Source of the DNA: a virus | Direction: 5' to 3' (one strand) | IMG/VR virus record: IMGVR_UViG_3300000059_000001 | Span: 1 to 55,870 of that record | DNA length: 55,870 nucleotides | In this document: positions 8,687-15,512 of the stretch, one piece after another | How positions within the stretch are numbered: the stretch's first letter is position 1 | How the letters are laid out: each line of letters opens with the position of its first letter | Translations under genes and position numbers: made by a program | Notes under the pieces: generated by a model | Databases searched by the model: none | The model's input: only the letters and a program-made list of their open reading frames with translations | What the model was told of the DNA's origin: nothing

Positions 8687-8709
8687 AGCCTATTACGTAG
8701 TAATAGGCT
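8687..8709. promoter_or_regulatory. Near-perfect palindrome (10-bp arms, 3-nt spacer) in a 0.5-kb non-coding region
   Basis: agcctattac gta gtaataggct; flanked by smaller hairpins 8597-8617 and 8666-8686. Confidence 0.6.
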
Positions 8710-8794
8710 GGACAGTAATATGATGATGACATGGGTTGATGTTAAGTAGTGGCAGCGGCCTGCAAAGATTGCCAATACGTAGTGGGTTACACGT

Positions 8795-8990
8795 GGTGAG
8801 GAGAGACCGAGGAGCGAGAGCGACGAGGCGAGGGAGCCGGAGGGCGACCGAGGGGTGGCGACCAGGATGGGAGCCAGGGAGGGTGTGGGAGGGCGACTGA
8901 GGGAGAACAGGAAAGGAGGATAGAAGAGTAGAAAATAAAATGGGAGGAGGACAGAAGTGAAATAAAAAAGAGCGAGAAGGTGAGAACAAA
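8795..8990 (+). other. Polypurine (G/A) tract with G-quadruplex-type G-runs
   Basis: By hand count about 35 pyrimidines in ~196 nt; GGG-agcca-GGG-a-GGG-tgt-GGG-a-GGG-cgactga-GGG at 8869-8903; first half strongly GC-rich. Confidence 0.8.
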
Positions 8991-9000
8991 AATTAGTTTT

Positions 9001-9036
9001 GAGAGGTGGCAGTACCACCCCTCTTCTATTTTTTTG
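9001..9036 (+). terminator. Rho-independent terminator at the end of the purine-rich region
   Basis: gagaggtgg cagta ccacccctc stem (one mismatch) followed by ttctattttttt. Confidence 0.6.
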
Positions 9037-9056
9037 ATCAGAAAGGATAATGAAAT

Positions 9057-9557
9057 ATGTACAAAAACAATATGGAAAAATATAAATGGTACGCTTTACA
9101 GTTTGGAAGATCACTTTATTTCATAAACAAATATAGTTATAAAATGCTTAATCAAGCTATGATGGTTATCGGTTTTTTGTTTTTTATTGGCATATCGGTT
9201 GCAAGTGAATACCCACTTACACTAAAAAGATTTTCATCTGTTGATTTTAATATGTTCACCTTGTATGTATTTAACATATTATTAGTTTTGTTTTTAGTAT
9301 TTATAATAATTAAGATACAGTTCCCAAGCAACACATTGAAGGTAAAGGGGGGATCTGCATATCAAATCATACATCTCATATTAGCCATATTACGTTTACA
9401 GATGGTTAGACTTCCAGGTGACATTAGTGTGCATATGTTCTCGCAATTGATGATTTGTTTTATAGCACATATTTGTTTCTATGCATTCGAACACTTCTTT
9501 CATTATTCTTGGGAAGATGGAACATACCTATCAAATGCTAGAAAGGAAGTGAATTAA
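9057..9557 (+). CDS. Multi-pass membrane protein (166 aa)
   Basis: AAAGGA SD; about four hydrophobic helices. Confidence 0.55.
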   Translation: MYKNNMEKYKWYALQFGRSLYFINKYSYKMLNQAMMVIGFLFFIGISVASEYPLTLKRFSSVDFNMFTLYVFNILLVLFLVFIIIKIQFPSNTLKVKGGSAYQIIHLILAILRLQMVRLPGDISVHMFSQLMICFIAHICFYAFEHFFHYSWEDGTYLSNARKEVN

Positions 9558-9675
9558 TGCTATCCATGATTGGACCTTACTTGAAATACCTGAACAAAAC
9601 CTTCTACAGAAAAACAAAAATAAAATTATAAATAGCAATTTTCCGATATTAGGAATTACGAAAGGAGTAGATATA

Positions 9676-10353
9676 ATTAATACGACATTTGACAGACAAA
9701 ATTACGGACTTAAAAAGAATTATAAAACATCAAAGAATTATGAAAACATTAATAAACGTATCTATGATGGGGTAGGAGAATATAACATCCCAGTACTTGA
9801 GCCAGTGAGATATGAGCCATGTGAGTTTGTGGGTTTTAACTATCACAGGGTTTGTAAGGATAAGTCACAGAGAGGATTACATTTCTTTCTTGATGATTAC
9901 CAATTCATGCGACTTTGGAATAACGTAGACCGTTATCTGGACATATGTGCGCAGTATAAATACGTTTTGTCACCGGATTTTAGCCTATATGATGAATTTC
10001 CGGAGGCACTACAAATTTACAACCACTATCGCAAACATTGGATTGGGGCATACTTCCAAGAGCGTGGAATCAATATAATTCCGACTATCTCATGGAGTGG
10101 ACAACACTCATTCCGGTGGTGTTTTGATGGGGAACCGGTTGGCGGCACGGTGGCCATATCCAGTGTTGGGGTACAAAAGCATGGTTGTACAAAGGAATTA
10201 TTTTTAATGGGATATGATGAAATGTTGCGCCAGCTACAACCAGAAACAATACTCTTTTACGGAGATGTCCCAGAAGAATGTACTGGTAATATACTAAGAA
10301 TCCCGGCATATCAAGAACGATTTAGAGAGCGAAAGGAGAAAAATGGGAGGTAG
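9676..10353 (+). CDS. DUF4417-like protein, probable ATT (or ATA 9673) start
   Basis: GLHFFLDDYQF..W, SPDFSLY, NHYRKHWIGAY, IIPTISW pattern; conserved-looking GVGEYNIPVL lies upstream of GTG 9805; AAAGGAG at 9661-9667; no ATG/GTG/TTG in frame 9553-9804. Confidence 0.6.
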   Translation: MNTTFDRQNYGLKKNYKTSKNYENINKRIYDGVGEYNIPVLEPVRYEPCEFVGFNYHRVCKDKSQRGLHFFLDDYQFMRLWNNVDRYLDICAQYKYVLSPDFSLYDEFPEALQIYNHYRKHWIGAYFQERGINIIPTISWSGQHSFRWCFDGEPVGGTVAISSVGVQKHGCTKELFLMGYDEMLRQLQPETILFYGDVPEECTGNILRIPAYQERFRERKEKNGR

Positions 10354-10993
10354 AGGATCATCATACGGCATTGAGGTGATCTCTGCAAAAGGAATCTCTG
10401 CAGAACAAGGTGAGGTAATACCGCTTCATGTTGCAGGGATGACACCCACAGATCAAGGGAGTAGATTCACCAATGCCGAAAAAACATTGAAATACCTTGA
10501 GAGTAAAAAAATGGACTATGATAAGGAGCAATTACAGGTCATAGACAGACATGGTTATGTTACCAGAGCATTTCAAGGAGATGAACATTCAGTAGCTGTA
10601 GACATGGAAACCAGAAATTATATGCGTGGAAAAGTAGTAACTCACAATCATCCAGATACCTATGGTGGTACATTTTCAGATGCAGATATCAGTAGTCTGC
10701 GAATGGGAATGAAAGAACTTCGAGCCTCTGCTAAAGAGGGAAACTATTCTATGCGTGCCATGAAAGCGGCTGATCCAACAGGGCTATATAAGGCATATGA
10801 AAAGGATTCAGATAAACTACAGAATAATATGTATCAAGTGGCAAAGGATATGGCTGCACGAAACTGGGGCTCATACGAAAAGTACAGGCATGAAAATAGA
10901 AAAGCTCAATTACAAGTCATTCACTCATGGTATCAAAAAAATACTGAAAAATATGGATATCAATATTCATTCGAGCCTAGAAAGGATAATTGA
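10343..10993 (+). CDS. Hypothetical protein with JAB/MPN-like motif
   Basis: MGGRGSS N-terminus; THNHPDTYGGTFSDAD resembles the JAMM H-x-H-x7-S-x2-D motif, with one extra spacer residue. Confidence 0.4.
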   Translation: MGGRGSSYGIEVISAKGISAEQGEVIPLHVAGMTPTDQGSRFTNAEKTLKYLESKKMDYDKEQLQVIDRHGYVTRAFQGDEHSVAVDMETRNYMRGKVVTHNHPDTYGGTFSDADISSLRMGMKELRASAKEGNYSMRAMKAADPTGLYKAYEKDSDKLQNNMYQVAKDMAARNWGSYEKYRHENRKAQLQVIHSWYQKNTEKYGYQYSFEPRKDN

Positions 10994-10994
10994 A

Positions 10995-11129
10995 ATGAAG
11001 AGAATTGTTTTAGATAGGGATTTAAACGCCCTAATTGAAGAAAATATTAAAAAAGCTTGGGAGGAGAGGAATAAAGGTACAAAAAATGAATTGGAAGGGG
11101 AAACAGACGATGACAAAGAAGATACATAA
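10995..11129 (+). CDS. Small acidic hypothetical protein (44 aa)
   Basis: ATG 10995 after AAAGGA; the longer 10797 ORF overlaps the preceding gene. Confidence 0.45.
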   Translation: MKRIVLDRDLNALIEENIKKAWEERNKGTKNELEGETDDDKEDT

Positions 11130-11146
11130 AACGAAGGGGGGTAACT

Positions 11147-11311
11147 ATGTTGTGGTTGGCGGTTTCTCCGGATCGATATGAATTACCATATGCGGTAGAG
11201 GATAGCCGAGAATCATTAGCAAAATTATTTCATGTTTCGGAAGATGAATTATTTAAGGCAACTAATAATTATCGCATCATCACAGTGGAGGTGGAAGACG
11301 ACGGAGAATGA
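11147..11311 (+). CDS. Small hypothetical protein (54 aa)
   Basis: GAAGGGGGG SD; stop overlaps the next ATG (ATGA). Confidence 0.5.
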   Translation: MLWLAVSPDRYELPYAVEDSRESLAKLFHVSEDELFKATNNYRIITVEVEDDGE

Positions 11312-12138
11312 AATATGATATCTTACTGCCATTCAAAGACTATTTGCACAAGGAATTTAGCGAAAAGACAGCTAAAAAATATTATTCTCTGGTGGATCGA
11401 GCTTTTAAAGATATGGAAATTAACAGTTTAAAAGATATCGAACCAGAATATATAAAACAATACATGGCGGGGATACGAACCAAGAATGAATTTTCAGCTA
11501 CAAAACAAGGGCTGATGAAACTTAATGAATTCGATCCCTGTTTTCGTTTGCCTGAAAAAGAATTTTTCAGAAAGGAGACAAGGAAAAGGGGGAATAAGCC
11601 ACTGAATCAAGGCGAAGAAATACATCGCGATACTATTATGCGGAAAATAAATAGGGTTAGCAATCCTGATTTACGCCTTGCCTATCGGTTGGCTATGGTA
11701 TCAGGGCTAAGAGTTTCGGAACTGGCAGATTTAAGAGCTACTGATGTAAACATGACAGATGAGCAATTAAAAGTTTTTGTCCGGAATGGGAAAGGAGGGA
11801 AGAGTGGAATAGTCATCTGCCTGAATGATGATTATGTCAAAAATAGGCTAGAGAAATTGTTAAAAAGAAAGGGGGCTGATGAAAGATTGTTTTATTCCAT
11901 TAGCCACATGATGAATGAAGCTAACAGATTAGGCTTTGAATGTCATGATCTCCGACGTATCTTTGCACAAGATTTGGAAAAAGACTTAAAACAACGAGGG
12001 AAAACTAGAAGGGAGGCTGATAAAGAGGTACAAATGGCACTGAGACACAATAAAATGAAAACATCCCAAATCTACTTGAAAGGGAAAAAGGTAATCTATG
12101 GTCAAATGGAAGGAGGGGCAGGAATAAATAAAAAATAA
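11308..12138 (+). CDS. Tyrosine recombinase-fold protein (resolvase or TcpM-like atypical relaxase candidate)
   Basis: GLRVSELADL, HDLRRIFA, LRHNKMKTSQIYL (R..HxxR..H..Y pattern); lies directly upstream of the FtsK-like coupling gene. Confidence 0.7.
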   Translation: MKYDILLPFKDYLHKEFSEKTAKKYYSLVDRAFKDMEINSLKDIEPEYIKQYMAGIRTKNEFSATKQGLMKLNEFDPCFRLPEKEFFRKETRKRGNKPLNQGEEIHRDTIMRKINRVSNPDLRLAYRLAMVSGLRVSELADLRATDVNMTDEQLKVFVRNGKGGKSGIVICLNDDYVKNRLEKLLKRKGADERLFYSISHMMNEANRLGFECHDLRRIFAQDLEKDLKQRGKTRREADKEVQMALRHNKMKTSQIYLKGKKVIYGQMEGGAGINKK

Positions 12139-12175
12139 ATCATTCGAACGGGATATTAATGAGCTTATAGGCTCT

Positions 12176-13738
12176 ATGCTTATCGGTGTTTTTAAATTGG
12201 TAAAATGTGTTTTCAAGGGGTTAAGGGTGCTTAGAGGGTGGTTGGTTGCTGGCTTTGGGATATCTGCAATGTGCTCCATAGCCGCTTATAGTCTAAAAGA
12301 TACATATTATCAGGCGATCAAGGACCTAAATGCTCCCGCATGGGTAGAGTCCATAGGATATTTTTTGTTGCTGTTAATCCCCATCTGGTATTTGATGGCG
12401 ATTGGATTGGCGCAGGAAATGGCACAAGCTGAGTGCCAGAAACAGTTTGAAGCGGTTGGATTTAAGTCCAGAGATGGCAGATTTCCATATCTGGTGAAAA
12501 AAGTCAAGGACAAAAATGGGTTGAAAAAGTCAAAGAAATACAAGGAATTGTATATTTTTAAGTCCAACATACCTCTGACAGAGTGGATTGGAGCAAAAGA
12601 GCGGATTGAGACAGCGATTGATCGCAATATCATACGTTTCTCGGAAGGTGGCAATAAAAAAATATGCCAGATTACTACCGTTCCGCCCGAATGTAAGATT
12701 CCGGACAAGATCAATTGGGATGATGATAAGCTGCAAGATAAAGACGGTGTAGTAATTGTAGGAGAAGGAGCACTTGAAAAACTTACATTTGATCTAAATC
12801 GTACCCCTCACGTCTTAGCCGCCGGAGAGACTGGTTCCGGTAAATCTGTTATTTTAAGGTCTATTTTGTGGCAGTTGATCAGCAAAGGCGCCAGAGTGTA
12901 CATGATTGACTTTAAAGGAGGAGTCGAATTTGGTATCCGCTATGAAAAATATGGCGAAGTCATTACAGAACGACAGAGGGCAGTTGAGGTTCTCACTGAG
13001 CTTTGTGAGGAAAACCAAAAACGATTAGCCTTATTTAGACAAATGGAAGCAAAGAATTTGCCAGAATACAACCGAAAAACCGGAAAAAACCTTTGCAGGA
13101 TTGGTGTTTTCTGCGATGAAATAGCAGAAATGTTAGATAAAAAAGGAGCAATCAAAAAGGATAAAGAGATTATGGAGCAATTAGAGGGCTTAATATCCAG
13201 TCTTGCCAGATTATCTAGGGCAACCGGCATAAACCTGTTTTTGGGTGTCCAGCGTCCTGATGCAAATGTACTCACAGGTCAAATAAAAAACAATGTTCCG
13301 GTTCGTATTTGCGGCCGCTTTGCTGATAAATCGGCATCTGAAATAGTTCTGGGCAATACGGATGCAGTATATCTACCAGAGATCAAGGGGCGGTTTTTAT
13401 TTCGACTGGGGAATGTCACTGAAGAGTTCCAGGCCTACTATTTCGATGACGACTTGCATCTGCATGGTGATGTTCCAGAGGTCGGTCAAATGCTTCTGTA
13501 CCCAGAGCAAGAAGAAAAAGAGAAAATTGAGTGGATACCGATCAATGCAGACCCTGAAGGTGAAGAAGGGGATGATAAAGATCACATAAAAGAGGTTGAC
13601 TCTTTTGCATTTGCAGAAATATCTGAAGGAAGTGATGTAGAAGAGACAGAGAAAATGACTGAAACAACGGTAAAACCTGAAACTCAAGCAGATTCACTTG
13701 ATGATGCTCGATTTACGTGGAGCTGCGAAGAAAAATGA
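12176..13738 (+). CDS. FtsK/SpoIIIE-family conjugative coupling ATPase (TcpA / Tn916 Orf21-like)
   Basis: N-terminal TM helices; Walker A AGETGSGKS; Walker B VFCDEIAEM; RICGRF arginine region; acidic tail; start uncertain. Confidence 0.85.
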   Translation: MLIGVFKLVKCVFKGLRVLRGWLVAGFGISAMCSIAAYSLKDTYYQAIKDLNAPAWVESIGYFLLLLIPIWYLMAIGLAQEMAQAECQKQFEAVGFKSRDGRFPYLVKKVKDKNGLKKSKKYKELYIFKSNIPLTEWIGAKERIETAIDRNIIRFSEGGNKKICQITTVPPECKIPDKINWDDDKLQDKDGVVIVGEGALEKLTFDLNRTPHVLAAGETGSGKSVILRSILWQLISKGARVYMIDFKGGVEFGIRYEKYGEVITERQRAVEVLTELCEENQKRLALFRQMEAKNLPEYNRKTGKNLCRIGVFCDEIAEMLDKKGAIKKDKEIMEQLEGLISSLARLSRATGINLFLGVQRPDANVLTGQIKNNVPVRICGRFADKSASEIVLGNTDAVYLPEIKGRFLFRLGNVTEEFQAYYFDDDLHLHGDVPEVGQMLLYPEQEEKEKIEWIPINADPEGEEGDDKDHIKEVDSFAFAEISEGSDVEETEKMTETTVKPETQADSLDDARFTWSCEEK

Positions 13739-13749
13739 AAGGATGGGAA

Positions 13750-14772
13750 ATGTTTAAAAGAAAAGAAAAAAAGAATAAGCCGGCACTGAAAAAAGATACA
13801 GGTGCAAAAATATTACGCTTCGTGTTGTGGGGGATATTGATTTTCCTGACAGTACGGGGCGTAATTTCTATTGTCAAGCCAGATCAGACAGCAGAAATTA
13901 AGGAAGAAGTAAAGCGCATGGAATCTGATGTAAAAAAGAACGTGGAGCAGAACACGGAAATTTTGGCGTTTGCTGAGCAGTTTGTGAAAGAATGGTATAC
14001 CTACTCCACCGAAGAAGAATTTAAGATCCGTGTGTCTTCGTATGTAATACCAGATATATTATCTCAACAGTATATCCATGATTTTAAAAGTACAGCAATC
14101 GTAACAGATGTAAATGCATACCGTGTTGCTACCTATGCAAATGGTCAGTATGACGTTTACGCATCAGTAACTTACACAAACACAAGATTGGAGGCAGTCA
14201 GTGAAGGAACAGAAGAGGCAAATAATAAAACGCAGAAAAAGTCAAAAACCAAGGATACCATTAAACAAGTGCCAGTTACAACCACAAGTTCCCAGCTTGT
14301 ACAAATACCCATACAAGTTACCGAAAACGATAGATATATCGCTGAGGGAATTCCCTTGGTAGTAAGTGATCCCGAGTATTTGCCAGACAAATACGTTAAA
14401 AATGAAGTATCACTTGCCAAAATTGATGATACATCACTGTATCAAGAAACTGTATCAAATTATTTAAAAGCTTATTACGGAGACACCCAGTCCGTTACAG
14501 ATTACTTTCTTGCAGCGGACGCTGTAAATCGTGAACAACTGTACGGATTTATAGATCCGGGAAAAATAGAATTTGTCACTGTAAACGAAGTAAAAGCCTA
14601 TCGTAAGGCAGAGGGGGAAGCCCTTTGTATCGTTACATATCAAATTAAAGATATTTCAACGCAAACTGTGAGTTTACAGCAATGCAATATCTTGATAGAT
14701 GATCAGTCAATACAGCGTCTTTATATAAAAAACATGGACACTAAAATTTATAATTTAAAGGAGGATAAATAA
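13750..14772 (+). CDS. TcpC / Tn916 Orf13-like conjugal transfer protein
   Basis: Single N-terminal TM (ILRFVLWGILIFLTV) plus ~300-aa soluble region; assignment by architecture and synteny; start 13717/13735/13750 ambiguous. Confidence 0.55.
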   Translation: MFKRKEKKNKPALKKDTGAKILRFVLWGILIFLTVRGVISIVKPDQTAEIKEEVKRMESDVKKNVEQNTEILAFAEQFVKEWYTYSTEEEFKIRVSSYVIPDILSQQYIHDFKSTAIVTDVNAYRVATYANGQYDVYASVTYTNTRLEAVSEGTEEANNKTQKKSKTKDTIKQVPVTTTSSQLVQIPIQVTENDRYIAEGIPLVVSDPEYLPDKYVKNEVSLAKIDDTSLYQETVSNYLKAYYGDTQSVTDYFLAADAVNREQLYGFIDPGKIEFVTVNEVKAYRKAEGEALCIVTYQIKDISTQTVSLQQCNILIDDQSIQRLYIKNMDTKIYNLKEDK

Positions 14773-14775
14773 TAA

Positions 14776-15030
14776 ATGAAAAATAGTATATTATCAACTA
14801 TATTGGCAACAGCAGATTACGGAAAAAACATAGCAAATTGGGGGTTTGATCAACTTTTTTGGGTTATATTGCTAGCTGGTATTGCAGGGGCGGCGGCCGC
14901 CGCAATCAAAAAAAGTTGGGTTGGTGCAGCATTAACCTCAGTTGGTACAGCGCTTATCTGTTACTTCATTAAAAACCCTGAGAGGTTGTCGGATATCGGT
15001 AATACCTTAGCTCAAACTATAGGATTTTAA
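14776..15030 (+). CDS. Small conjugation membrane protein (TcpD-like position)
   Basis: AAGGAGG SD; two TM helices with an Ala/Gly-rich segment; synteny only. Confidence 0.45.
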   Translation: MKNSILSTILATADYGKNIANWGFDQLFWVILLAGIAGAAAAAIKKSWVGAALTSVGTALICYFIKNPERLSDIGNTLAQTIGF

Positions 15031-15047
15031 GAAAGGATAGAGGACAA

Positions 15048-15512
15048 ATGAATAATAGATTAATTATCCGTAGCTATCAAAAGTTATGGAAGTGGAACTT
15101 GAAGATTTATGCATTATCCAAAGATATGCCATTGCCGAGAGCATTACCTATACGCTTTGCGTTGTACCTCATCGTCGGCTTGGGGATGTCTTTTTTATTG
15201 TTTAAAATTCCGTTCCTTCGTGCCGTGCCCTTTGCGATTAAAATAGTTTTTGCAGTAGGCATGGCTAAGTTTTTAGATAGCGTAAAATTAGACGGGAAGA
15301 ACCCAATATTGTTCTTTGGGGGATGTATCAGGTTCTGGTTGCTTGAGAGTGGTACATATTTAGAGGGATTTCAGCGTTACGATAGTAAATTCCGGGAACT
15401 TAAAATGTACTGGAGTGCCGGAACCGTGAAAATGAAAGAAAAAGAATATAAGACTCGACCAATAAAATTATGTTGGTACGGAGGTACGAGAGGAGTGAAT
15501 GCGATTGTTTAA
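15048..15512 (+). CDS. TcpE-family-like conjugal transfer membrane protein
   Basis: RSYQKLWKWNLKIYAL...LPRALP N-terminus followed by two TM helices; overlaps the downstream ATPase start. Confidence 0.5.
   Translation: MNNRLIIRSYQKLWKWNLKIYALSKDMPLPRALPIRFALYLIVGLGMSFLLFKIPFLRAVPFAIKIVFAVGMAKFLDSVKLDGKNPILFFGGCIRFWLLESGTYLEGFQRYDSKFRELKMYWSAGTVKMKEKEYKTRPIKLCWYGGTRGVNAIV

Noticed and set aside
8668-9114. Minus-strand ORFs (148 aa and 98 aa) rich in Pro/Ser/Leu across the purine tract
   Set aside because: These are a reading-frame artefact of a polypyrimidine strand. There is no SD, the sequence is low complexity, and they overlap the SD-led plus-strand gene at 9057.
10797-11129. 110-aa ORF overlapping the 3' end of 10343-10993
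   Set aside because: Its N-terminal two-thirds overlap a better-supported gene out of frame. The SD-led ATG at 10995 gives a 44-aa product instead.
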